A DNA stretch of 64,000 nt from NCBI GenBank assembly GCA_046563655.1, contig CM102290.1, positions 4,650,001 to 4,714,000 on the forward strand, read 5' to 3'. Made by a program: the position numbers and the translations under genes. The notes beneath the pieces are model-generated. The model ran no database searches. It was not told where the DNA came from and saw only the letters and a program-made list of their open reading frames with translations. Positions 27,518 to 39,392 of this stretch are shown piece after piece (the stretch's first letter is position 1; each line of letters opens with the position of its first letter). This DNA is from Yuukianura sp. NJ FZ-2021. Taxonomy: Eukaryota.

Positions 27518-27713
27518 TAACAGGTTATGCCATAATTCTGAATTTTAAAAAAAAAACGAATTTTGCTGATTTTCACTAATCTTTTAATTTTTTTTAATTT
27601 TCACGTTGCTGAGTCATAGTTTTGATTTCGAATTGATAACGCAACGGAGCCGCATTAGATGTGCGGTTCAAAAAATTTGAAAAAGAAAAGAGGATTTATG
27701 GCATAACCTGTTA
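27518..27713. mobile_element. MITE with a perfect 18-bp inverted repeat
   Basis: taacaggttatgccataa (27518-27535) and ttatggcataacctgtta (27696-27713); no coding capacity. Confidence 0.7.
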
Positions 27714-28975
27714 AGAAACATACAAAATTTTGATTTAAACAACCTTGGTTGGAGCTTAGCGGTAACATGTTGATCAAGTTGAGTCTGAATTGATTTGATG
27801 TGAGGTTGCAAATTAATTACGTTGTGCTGAACATGGAGTGGGTAGATTTAAGGTTGTCTCAGCATGGTTTCTAAAGCGGTGGGATGTTGAGGGTCCCAGG
27901 AGTTGTAAACCGCAGAAGCAGGGGTTTTTGCCTCCTTTTGTTCTATTGTTTGGATTGGAAAAGACTGACAAAACGATTGGAGCATATTTAGGTGGACGGA
28001 ACAAGGGGGAAAGTAGGGCTGAAGATGGTATAAGACGACGAACTGGAGCTAAAGCGTCCATTGTCCTTAAGAGACTCTCATCGACTCGGTGATCCTTTTG
28101 TAAAGAAGAAAACCAAAGATTTGGAGCATAAAAACAAGGATTGATTGGTGGACGACTAGGACTTTACGTGTGCTTTAGTTGGAAATTGGGCATGGAAAAC
28201 CTGAACAAGGAGATTTTGGACATGTTCATCTTCCTTTTCGGATCCAGTCTTAGTTCTCAAAATGCTGAGTCCTATTATGTAGCGAGACCTTTAAGGAGCA
28301 TCCACAACATGTAATCCTCTTCACTTCGTCCGAGCAAAATCTGAAGATCTAATCCTGGCTCAGAAGAAGCAGACTTCAAGAGGCACCCTCACCCAAACAT
28401 CCTACTTCTGCAGCATTCAAAAGCGTTTTGTACTTCAAGAAAAAAAATCTCCATGACCTGTAAAATTAGCAACAACAAATTCAGTAAACAATGTATTTTT
28501 GTATTCATTTAAATGTAAAACTAAAAAGTGTTAACGAACCTTGTCAATTTTCCAGATCTATTTTTGAACTTCAATAACTAAGGAAAATCCAATGCTTGAC
28601 ACTGGAAAACCTAGGATGATGAAAACCAATGCATTCATGTGCGCTTCAATTGGCGACCGTAAATCCGGTTCGTGCAGTTCTTTTTCTTAACGCAAGAAAG
28701 CGTACTGGAATCCGTTTTAGAAGTAGACAGACGGCCAAAGGCAACAAATGGAAATCCATTTCCTAAAACAAATAATTTCCAAACATGTAAACAAACAAAC
28801 CTACAAAATGCAAAAATGATAAAAGATGAGGAGAAAAGTTACTAGAAATGAAGAAAAGAAATTGTACACAATGTTGTTCCGTTTTCAGGAATTTCGAAAT
28901 TCTTCTGTATTTCTCAAAAACAGGATTCATGATACAGGGAATTAAGAAATTGTTCAAAATACTGTTTTAAAAATG

Positions 28976-30825
28976 TCAGCAACCTCCACGCTTCCTAAGC
29001 ATTGATTGCAACGACGCCAAAAACTCCGACCTTACTTCACTCAAAGTTTCTGATTCCTCTATTTCGTCACCAAAATTTTCTTCGTCGCCACCTATACTAA
29101 TATCCTCATACAAAGAATAAGGCTTTGGGTCAAATGCAACGGATTTTGTTTTTGACTGCATGGGGTGTGACTGTAACTGCGTCTCTTCAATATAATCATC
29201 GGCATGAGCCTTCTCCATTGGTTTCCCATAATGCTCAGCGTAAGCTCGTGCTTCTCGCTCTTCCATATCCGCACGCCTGGATGAAAGAGAACCCCGAAGG
29301 TGAGTCAACAGTTCGGCTCGAATTAACTTAGCTTCTTTCTCATATGAATCTTCAACGCGAGATTTTTCTGGTAGAGAGGGAAAGCAGTGTTCCTGTTCAT
29401 CCAAAGTCAATTCGAAGACTTCATCACGTTGAGCTGTAGTGTACTCGATATTGCATTTTTCAGGCACTTCACTTTCAAATACTAATTGTCCTGATGAAAG
29501 AATTTCATCTACATCCCTATCAGTACTACAAGGTTGTTCCTCTTCTACTTCATCCGAATCTACATCTGGTTTCTGTACTACAGGCGACGTAGTTACGTCA
29601 TTTCTGTTGGTTCTGCGGCGAAACCTTTCAATTGAATTTCCTTGGCATAAGAGTAGCTTTTCCGCATTTTCGATCAAGTGTGTAATTGATTGTCTAACAT
29701 CAACTATTTCTGATATAAGTTCATCACATTGCTTTGAGTAGTTGATGTTTGTTGACCTCAAATTAAGAAGCGTTAGGATGAGTTGATTCAATCGTCCAGC
29801 GCATGAATCAATTTGAGAAGAGCATTTTTTGAGCTGTATAGCCTCCGTGGAAAGACGATGCTCCAATGAAAATTTTAGTTGTACTTCTTCCGCTTTGCTG
29901 TAATGAAGTAGAATGAAATGAATCAACATCAATATAGTACGCTGCATCCCTTCCATCCAAAGCCGTCCGTATTCTTCAACTTACGACAGTGACTTTTTCA
30001 CAGGCGTCTGCAACAGCGAGATCTTCACCTTTTGAGCGATGTCTTCCAATATCGACAGAACAAAAGCATGAGAATAACAGATCCAAGAGCAAAACGACTC
30101 CACAAAATGCAGCACAATCTGAAACAAAACACAGCGGAGCAGGAAAGCTTAAAGAAGTTTGCTGTAGCGACATTGTAATTTCACTCTTCGGGTTTCCGTT
30201 ATGCTGATTTGATTTACCTGAACATACTCTGAACATTTGGAAGCGTGGAATACCGAGAGCAGTAGCAACCATATCTATAAAAACCAATTGTTCACGTTCA
30301 GCGGTCAATCCTTTCGCCAAGAAAATGTAGTCATTTTGCGTACTTCCGGTATATTTTGGCCACATATGAACCCATGGTGCGAAAAGTGTTGGCATCTATT
30401 CTGTGGGATCGTTGATAACTCAGCTGGGAGTTCCACGGGCTCCGGACGTAGCAAAGCATCAAAATGCCCAAACACGTTATGACTTTCCAGGTACTTTCCA
30501 AGCTCCGATGTCTGAAAGCAATAATGAAATAGTGCCAGTACGTTAGATTAAACACAGCAAATGTTTAGAGCGATCTACTAGTCTGTTATTCTTTTTACTA
30601 AAGACTCTCATACCGTACACTCATTTGCTATGTCATACCATACCTATTACCGAAACTCAGATAATCTTACACCTTCAGTTAACTTCTCCAAATTTACTTC
30701 TAAAAATCTCAACGACTAATCAAGTTAATTTCAATTCGCTCGATTCTGGCAGTTTACTCAAATTACCTAACCGATTTTTAACTTACCCGCAGTACAACGT
30801 CTTCTTCATCGTCTCCTGCGTCCAT
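28976..30825 (-). CDS. Vezatin-like protein (tentative); multi-exon
   Basis: 326-aa terminal ORF with coiled coil, EAKLIRAELLTHLRGSLSSRRADMEEREARA and EENFGDE. First exon MDAGDDEEDVVLR|gtaagt at 30825-30787; hydrophobic segments in the middle exons. Resembles vezatin termini as recalled. Internal exon structure unresolved. Confidence 0.45.
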
Positions 30826-31411
30826 TGTTAAGACGAGAAGTACACTTACACAAACGTTGGACTTGAGTTGGTGAAACAATAATTTACTTAATAATTAATC
30901 GGTTCTTAATTTAAATTAGTTTTTTTTTGTTGAACATCATTATGAATTACGTTAAGTTAGTTGAAGGAATTTATAAAACTTTCTTACCAACTTTTTTTGG
31001 AAGAAAAAACAAAAAAAAACAAAAAACAAAAACAAAAAACAATTCAACTTTGAGAATTTGAAAATTTTAGCGCCAGGGGTGGAAAATGAATGCCTCTTTT
31101 CACCCCGCTTGTACTCGAACTTCAGAAAATAAAATTTTGCATTTAAAATTCAAGCCCGCCAACTCATTCTCAAAATGCTAAATGCAACTAAAAATTGTCA
31201 ACTGACAACTTAATCAGTTACAACTTACAATTGATCAGTGTTTCTAATTGGAGGGCTGACCATTGTGTATCAAATATTTGAAAATGAGATTATAAACTCA
31301 TCGTGCAGCAATCAGGATTCAGGAACAATTTAGCATTGATACTTAGCATAGTGAAGCTGATTTAAAAATGAATTGCAAGATATTGCAAAATACATAAACT
31401 GGCAATTGATG

Positions 31412-31623
31412 AAGGGTTAATAACCTTTGTTGTAACCACTGTGGCCATTTTTGTTGGGTAGGTAGAATGGAATGCTACTCCGCAGTGGCAACTTTGTAGC
31501 CACTTGAAACTAATCTACCCTCACCTATTTGTTATACAATGTAGTTAACCCAGTTCCAGTATAGCCAATAAAAATCACCGGAAAGGTTACACTGTGCGGG
31601 TACAATAATGGCCACTACACCTT
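31412..31623. mobile_element. Degenerate copy of the MITE family found at 39050
   Basis: Shares ttgtaaccactgtggcca and gtggcaactttgtagccactt..aactaatctaccct with 39050-39392. Confidence 0.55.
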
Positions 31624-31977
31624 ACTGCAACTATTGTTTCATTTCGTAAAGTTTTGCCATTTTGCAAAGGCGACAAATGTATTTTGAAGTTCAATCGGTT
31701 TATTTACTTTTTTGCACAAAAACACAAATTGTCGAGTGACTCAATGCGAGTCCAAACTCCAAAGGTCATAATTATTCTGTCAACTTTCCAATTCAGTGTC
31801 TATTCTCGCTTGATTGTTCCGTATCCGTGCCATACAAAGTAGCAGTGCCTTCAGAATTCCATGTTCTTTGCGTAGTAGTTAAAACCTCTTGTCTTTTTTT
31901 TTCTGGGATTGGGAACTCTAACTTATCGGAATTTCAGATTTTCAGTCACTTATCGTAATCAACGTCTACCTCTAAAC

Positions 31978-34900
31978 ATGTCTAACAAAAATGTTCCAGT
32001 AAGTCCTCTCAAGAATTTCTTGGCGGGCGGCTTCGGTGGCGTATGCTTAGTATTCACAGGACATCCACTGGATACTATAAAGGTAAATTTTCAAGATGGA
32101 GAAGTAAACAATATTGACACGAAAACCGAATGTTTCACAATGTTTTGTTTTTAAATTACAGGTACGACTTCAGACACAACCGAAGCCCGAGCCGGGGAAG
32201 TCTCCATTGTATATAGGTACCTGGGATTGCTTCAGGAAAATCGTCAAACACGAAGGCGTTAGAGGGCTTTATAAAGGTTAATAAATAGTACCCTTGAATA
32301 TGTGAAAATGCAACAATTTGAATAGGAAATTGAATGTTAAATTGTATTTTGTCATAGGCATGGGAGCTCCAATTGTTGGCGTCGCACCTATTTTTGCTCT
32401 AAGCTTTTTTGGATACGGTGTCGGGAAGCAAATGGTAAGTACAGATTCTGCGACGGAACTCAGTGCCTTGCAACGGTTTTTCGCCGGTTGCATTTCTGGA
32501 GTAATGACAACGGTGATTATGGCTCCTGGTGAAAGGATAAAGTGTTTATTACAAGTAAGGCTGAACATTATCTCTGAACGTGGTACTTAACTGTTACATA
32601 AAAAGAGACGGGAACTAAACATAGTATATGTTTCAGATTCAACAAGGAGCCGGAGCCACGGTAAAGTATGCCGGCCCGATTGATTGTGGTGCTAAATTAC
32701 TAAAGGAAGGAGGAATCAGAAGTATATACAAGGGAACATGTGCTACTTTGCTTAGGGGTAAGTTCCTCTTCTTCTCTACTATTTAGAATGAAAGCTTTAA
32801 TTTAGATTATGTAGAATATAAAATATGTAGTATAAAATTGTACTAAAAATTTCGAAGTCTAGATTTGTACGAACTCTGTTCAGTTGGATTGCCTTCCTTC
32901 ACTCTGCTGTGTTTCGTATAGTTTGGACAATTTCATGGCTTTTTTGGAAAATGATTTCTTGATCGGTGGAGGCAGGACGTTCCTTGCAATAATAGGTTTG
33001 AGTGGTGGTGGTGTTGTGCCATACTTGGACTTCAGTGACCGGAAACCCTGTAGTTGTTGGTACCCTGTCTTTGGAGGACGTTGTTGAAACGTTTCACGTG
33101 GTGGTGGAGGAGGAATTTGGACGACATCGTTACTCCTTTCAGTAGTTGCTTCAATCTTGGTCTCCTTTGTAGTCATTTGTTTTGTCACAACTTCAAACGT
33201 GGTGATAGTAGTGGCATTAGGCTGAGGGGTGCTAGAATGCTGCAGCTCAATAGGAACCATTGTGGTCGTGGTATGAGGTTCGGCATAGATTGCTGCTGGA
33301 TTCTCCGTCGTTTTAGTCATGTCGATAGTGTCGTTTGCCTTCTGGCCGTCATCTTTTCGTATGATAATTTTTTTTACTTTTTCTGGTTTGGTGACATTGG
33401 AGAGTTTTCCATGAGTTTTGAAAAACTTGGTTGCAGATTTCGGTCCTTTTCCCACTTTCGATTTTTGTTTTGCAGGATTCAACGAAGTGTGTGCCAGCGA
33501 TGCGCTGCAGTACTGCAGCTCTTTTCTCATAACGTCAAAGATATTTCTTTGACTAAATTTCTTCGGAGTTCCACAGACTGGAGATACGCGTTTTTCGTAA
33601 ACATATTTGACTGCAAAGCCTTTGGGGTTAGTGGAGCGACAGAGCGTGGCTCCTTTGGAATATTCTTTGTGACAAAGCGTTTCATTTGTAGGGATGTAGT
33701 AGCTTCTTACTTGATTGATTTTGCCAGGGTTCCAAGTGGCCATGTCACATGAACAATGCCATGGGTTTCCTTCTAATCGAATCATTTTTACTGGAGTTTT
33801 GTTGAAGAGACTTGGTGGTAGTGTCGTCAGTTGGTTGTGCTGAAGGTAAACTTCACGTAGAGAAAGCTGGTCATCAAAGATTGCTGGAGGAAGAAATGTG
33901 ATTAGATTATGTGAAAGATCCAGTTCGATCAGAGAAGTAAGGCCCATGAAGGCATCCATGGAAATTTTTTCAATTTTGCAGTTTCTCAAAATGAGTCTTT
34001 CCAGTTGCGGAACTTCACTGAAAGCATCGTATGAAATCTTCTTGATTTGTCCATCCATTATTAATGTTTTGAGGTTGTGAAGGTCCTTGAACATTGGACG
34101 CTCTAGGAATTCAATTCGGATGTTTGTAATTTCCAGGTTGACGAGATTAGCAAGGCCGAAGAAAGAATTTGGAAAGATTTGGAGTGAAACATGAGGTGAA
34201 CCTAAGTAGAGAGACTTTGTCGTATTCATGACTTCAAAAGTATTTGGAAAAATGGCTTCAATGGGATTGTGGCGAAAGTCGGCAACCTCGAGATGAGGAA
34301 ATGGCGGAAGTGATAGCTCAGATAGGTGCGTAATGTTATTGTGTGTCATGTCCAACTTCTGTAGGTAAAGCAGTCCAGCCAATCCAACAGTTTCCAAACT
34401 CAAAATTCGGTTTCCAGAGAGGGATAACGTTGTCAAATTGGACGTAGCGAAGAACACAAAGTCCGGAAGGAACAGCAAATCGTTTCTTTCGAGCAGTAGA
34501 AACTTGAGGCTCTGAAGTTGATAAAACATGTCCCAAGAAACGTCTTGCATGTTACATTCGGAAATGCGAAGGTGGAGTAGACTCGGAATTCCTGTAAATG
34601 CCACGGCCACTTTTGGTTCTGGCGGTTTCGATTTGGTTTCGGATTCTCGTCTTCCGGAACGACTTTTGTAAACACTGTATGGAACGATATGTTCTTTCGG
34701 TTTCGACTCCTTTGGACTGAGGAATATCAGTTGAGACTCCAAGTTACTCAGAACTTCACTCCCTTCGTAGGTGCTGTTGTAAGGGGTTCCAACTTTCCGA
34801 AGGCTCACTAGTCTTGAAACGTATTGTTGAGGAGGAGGTTCGACTGAACGTTGATGGAGCAGGACATTGTCGAGGCTGAGATAAGTCAACTTTTTCAGTG

Positions 34901-36742
34901 GAAGGAGCGCATCAGCTGACAATCGGAACGAATTTGCAAGACTTGCTCCATCTTTGTATCCTTGAATGTCAATTCCAATTAGTTCAGTCAATGGTTCCAA
35001 ATGCTGGCGAGAAAGAGTGATGTTTCCGGATCCTGCTCCTTGGAGAATGGATAGTACCTTTACAAAAACTAAAACCGTTTAGAAAATCCTATTGTTATGT
35101 ATCGAAAAATGGAAATACCTGTGTGTTCAGCGGTATTTCACTGAATGTCTCTGAAATGGCACTGGTAGAATCCGTTCTCAAAACACATGTGACTGTGTAG
35201 TATGTTTCTGCTGTCCGGAGAAAGTTGGCTGATTGTGGAGCATCGTATACCTAAATGATCGTAATAATTTCAGGTTATCATCTGTTGAACGTCTATCTAC
35301 GTACTAAATTTTAATTGTACGAAATTACTTCATTATGCTCTGTGTAGGGATTGAATTCGTTGTCGTTGGGATCTTTCGGATTGGAATGGACGTCCGGTTC
35401 TATCCATTCCCAAGAAGCCAGATTAGACAAGACGTCTGGATAACAAATACAGTTGGATGGACATCTCTCCACACGCGTGCTGCCATTCTAAAAGTTGAAC
35501 AAACAAGAAGAAGTTGATCAATCTGAATTCCGCAGTATAATGTTTTAACATAATAGGTGTCCTTACACTCCGCAGTAGACAGCTAAAAACAACGAGGACC
35601 CATGAGGAGCCGACGATGGATCCCATTTATGAAATGTGTTGGAAAACAATTGGAAAGATTCGAGTAGTTGCGTATTGGTTTCAGGACTTGAGGGCTATTG
35701 AATGAAAGACGCACATTCTAGGAAGCTAAGTTGGAATGAAGATTCTGGATCTTTAGTTTACGAAATTGGATGTGGAATGAATTGGATGGCGTGGTGTGAA
35801 CTAATGAATTTCTCTATTGGTATTTCCCCTTCTTTAGTGTTTTGTTAAAACAAGGCAAGTTTAGACGGAAACTTCATTAATCTCTTCCTTCCAATGTTAT
35901 CAAGTCCAATTTCCGTACCATCTTCACGAGGGCTTCTTGTGGGTTTGAAAGAAGCTGTAGCTCATGATTCGGTTTTTAGTGAGTCCAGTCCACCCTGCGC
36001 TGCTATTGCTGAAGTCTTTAGATAAGGTGACCAAACCAACACACGCCGAGAAGCGTCGTCCATGCTCCCTTGTTCCAAGATATTGTTAAGGACTATGACG
36101 TGGGATTTGGACAAGGACAAGAATTAAGTCATTTGCTAACTGTGGTTTTCTCTACATTGTTTGTTAGATGTTCCAGCCAGTGGAATGTACTTTATGACTT
36201 ACGAGATCCTTAAGAAGGCGTTGACACCGAAGGATAGTACGTCCCTGAGTCCACTCTCTACGCTGTTCGCAGGAGGTGTCGCTGGAATACTCAACTGGGC
36301 AGTGGCCATTCCCGCTGATGTAATGAAGAGTAGGCTTCAAACGGGTAAGCATGCTGCAGTTAGGCAGTGGTCCCAACTGAAGAAGATGCGAAGATGCACT
36401 CCAAGGAATGAGCATTTCCGGGCGCCATACGCATCCTCTTACAGAGATCCACGCACATGAGCTATCTCTGTTCTAGGGCTTTTGGCGGCTTGTCCTCACA
36501 ATAAACACTGTTGAATCAGGATTAAAGATTAAAATTATGCTTGGTTACTTTCAGCCCCTGAAGGAACTTACCCCAGAGGAGTTCGAGATGTTTTTCGCCA
36601 TTTGATGAAGGAAGAAGGACCTCGAGCACTCTACAAAGGCTTTGCTCCAGTTATGCTCAGAGCATTTCCAGCAAACGCCGCCTGCTTCATGGGATTCGAA
36701 GTAGCTCTCAAATTTTTAAATTACACCGTCCCTAACCTGTAG
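31978..36742 (+). CDS. colt: Mitochondrial carnitine/acylcarnitine carrier (congested-like trachea, SLC25A20); 6 exons
   Basis: [100 protein letters not shown]. Three PX[DE]XXK carrier motifs. Stop TAG at 36740-36742. Confidence 0.95.
32880..35626 (-). CDS. Secreted leucine-rich repeat protein nested in colt intron 4
   Basis: Exon 1 [20 protein letters not shown]|gtaagg (signal-like); exon 2 with LRRNT CPSNCIC; large last exon with many LxxLxLxxN repeats, [13 protein letters not shown] and a Thr/Pro/Lys-rich tail; no TM segment. Confidence 0.9.
36357..36503. ncRNA. Candidate structured intronic RNA in colt intron 5
   Basis: GC-richer 210-nt intron with back-to-back stems cagttagg/cccaactg, aagaagatgcg/cgcatcctctt, acagagat/atctctgt and agggc/gtcct, followed by ACA at 36498. 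Confidence 0.35.
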
Positions 36743-37124
36743 AGCTTCAATTCAATATTATTAAAGTTAATGGTACAGATGGCACATAATGGATTTGGCT
36801 TGACAAAATGGATAACGTGACATGAAAATAAATGAATCCGGAATATAATGATACAACAGTGCGTATATATTATTGAAATGTGTTTAATTAGCGGTAATAA
36901 ATTTTAGTTTGATTATTATTAGTTAGACATCGTTTATCTCCTGCTCACGTTAATAATTACCTCAATTTCCTTGTAAAGAGGAATTTATTGCGGAAGTAAG
37001 GAGTTTTGTGGGGGGGTTTCCAGTCTCATTGTCTTTCAGGGAGAAATTAAAAAAAGAGACAGTTTCCCACAGAGTACGGTCATCCCGTGATATCACGCTG
37101 TTAAATTAAGTACAGTTCGGAGGC

Positions 37125-38219
37125 TCAAAACTAAAATAAAAATGAAACCAGGATTAGATTTATTTTATGTGACATTAAATATAACTTTTTTTTCCATAGT
37201 TGGATTTGTTGTATACCCTTTTCAAGAACTCTTCGGCACAAATACGTGCCCTTGCATTGACTGCTAGCTTCATCTCACTGATCTCCTTATCAATTTCTTC
37301 CATGAAATGAATTACAAAATCGACAAGTTTGTGTTTGTACATTTGCTCTGTATGGAAGTTTGTGATGAGGAAACTGATGTCGTATCCCTGAAATCAAAAC
37401 ATTTTTGACTTATGACTTATGTTTTGAGACAGAAACATTAATTTAATGTATTAAACTCAAACTCTTACTTCGATTGGCTTCCTTCGGAGCACGACGAAAC
37501 TCTCTGCTCGCATCATCATAAAGCGCATAAATTTGTGACATAAAATTTTTTCAATTTCATCCGCTTGCTTGATAGCTATACTGACTCTTATAGAGTTGAT
37601 TGATGCTTCGATTAGAACCTTCTCCTTTTCGTTCCTGCTGATGACAACTGGACAAAGCAGTAGTTCTCTGCTAGCTCTGTAAGAAAACAAAGACATGTAC
37701 GTATTTAGCATGTATGTAACTACCGCCAATGCAGGCCTAACAATCAACAGCGAAACAGCCAGCGTGACTGTTTAAAGATGGAAAGGCGAATGGGAATATA
37801 ACTGGTGCTTGTTTCTGCTGGACTTGGCAACGGAAACCGCAAATACCTCTTGCTAAGGTTGCTACGGTCCATCTTATAGAGCCCTATGAGGAAATGTACT
37901 CCACAGTTTCCGAGCAACTTAATTCTATAGGTCTTCCAACATAAATACTGAATAATTCTGAGTGAATCCAAAGACAAATTAATTAATAAATGCTGAAGAT
38001 TTTCACCTGACTTCTACTTCCGGTTTATTGTGCCGCTCTACCACTTGAGATGAAAAGTTTTCTAGGCACATGGCGGCAGTGAGAGTATGGCGAACCGCCG
38101 TTAAATACGGTTTCAATGTGGCAGCCTGTCAAAACACAAGTACCAACATCAATTAGCTAATTCGTGTCGTAAAAAGTTAGTTCTCCACAAATCTTAAGAA
38201 TAAACTTGAACCTTACCAT
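37125..38219 (-). CDS. ARPC4: Actin-related protein 2/3 complex subunit 4 (p20)
   Basis: ATG|gtaagg; [119 protein letters not shown]. Confidence 0.97.
37807..37937 (-). ncRNA. Candidate H/ACA snoRNA in an ARPC4 intron
   Basis: 131 nt, sense to the host: hairpin (cctat/atagg, ggaaa/tttcc), H box ATAAGA (37877-37872), hairpin (tggac/gtcca, gcaac/gttgc), ACA (37812-37810) 14 nt from the upper stem. Confidence 0.5.
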
Positions 38220-39049
38220 GAATTCTTCTGTGTAAACTCGATAGTGCAGAAAAAGTGGAAGTTAGTCAAAGGAAATGACTACGGTGGGTAAATGACCTCT
38301 CCCGAGGTCAAGTGTCACTTCTCGATTTTCCAGTTGTTGCTGCCGGCGAAGACGACTACAACTTACGAAAAAAATTGACAGAGGCACAGAAGATAGTCAT
38401 GGACACAACACGGAGGTTTGGAATGGAAATACTAAGAGGTTTCTGAGAGGTTTGACACCACACCCACCACCCTATAGAGTACCAGCAGCCGAAGACCACA
38501 CACAAATTTACCTGACTCAACCGGCACTTCCAATTCAACACCCTATGCTCCTCCAAGTGATTCAAACCACTCAACTAATCACACTTCTCATTACTTGCAA
38601 ACGCACAATTTAACACTTTAGTAGCACAAGTTGACACCAATAAGACCATTAAACTTGGCGTCATTTTGTATCTTATCATTTTCTGCCATTTGATTTTTTA
38701 GGCCCTGGTTGTGGGGCGTATGTTTGTAGTTGGTGCTAAGTCGTTTTTTTCAAACGTTCTTCGCATTCCATGTTCCCACAAGCACAGGGTATTATTTGAG
38801 CTTGAGCAGTGTTTTAGTTGATATAGTGCAGTTCGTTGGACAAATTAGTAATTAAAAACAATTAAATGTTCGTCAATTGGTTTTAAATTGATTACAATGA
38901 TTTCTTATTTTGTACATACGTATTATCTAATTTTGTAGAAGCAACTCACCACAAGTAGTGAGAGAGGGTGACAAGCGTTGTATTAGGAAACCTACAACGC
39001 ACCCGAAATAAAACTGCCACAAGGACAATAACAACTTTTGGTTGAGGCA

Positions 39050-39392
39050 AGGATTCATGACCGCTATTGTAGCCACTCTGGCCATCTTTCGTGGCTAAAA
39101 TAGGCGGCTACACCTACCTGAGTGGCAACTTTTGCAACCACTTTAACCTAGTCTAACCTATCCTAAAGTGGTAACACAGGTTGCGGTACAGTATAATACA
39201 ATACACTACTCCGATTATTTAGTGTGGTTATAATCAACTGTCATACCCGAGTGGCAACTGTTGCAGCAACAAGCCTAGCCCAACATTATCTAAAGTGGGG
39301 AAACTCCGGCTATCTTTGGTGGTAACAATTTAGCCACCAAAGTTGGCCGGAGTGGCTACATTGTAAGGCTACAATAAATGTCGTCAAACCTT
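39050..39392. mobile_element. MITE with long imperfect TIRs and an internal duplication
   Basis: tgtagccactctggccatctttcgtggctaaa (from 39068) is inverted as tttagccaccaaagttggccggagtggctaca (to 39360). Internal direct repeat gagtggcaact...gcaac...cctag...taaagtgg occurs twice. Confidence 0.7.

Noticed and set aside
33054..33752. 232-aa plus-strand ORF
   Set aside because: Antisense shadow of the nested LRR exon
36377..36390. Hammerhead core CTGAAGA
   Set aside because: No downstream GAAA after a stem II
37785..37796. HDV-like ribozyme 3' end (GGCGAATGGGA)
   Set aside because: No upstream P2 partner and no P1/P3 arrangement; the similar motif at ~2518 also fails
37790..37800. U17/snR30 m1-like motif ATATTCCCA
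   Set aside because: One mismatch, and no m2 motif (AAACCAT) downstream
38356..38580. RNase P RNA-like P4 pairing (GGTTTG/CAAACC)
   Set aside because: Lacks the other conserved regions; better explained as an ARPC4 5' UTR exon and intron (CAG|gtaaat...ttgtag)
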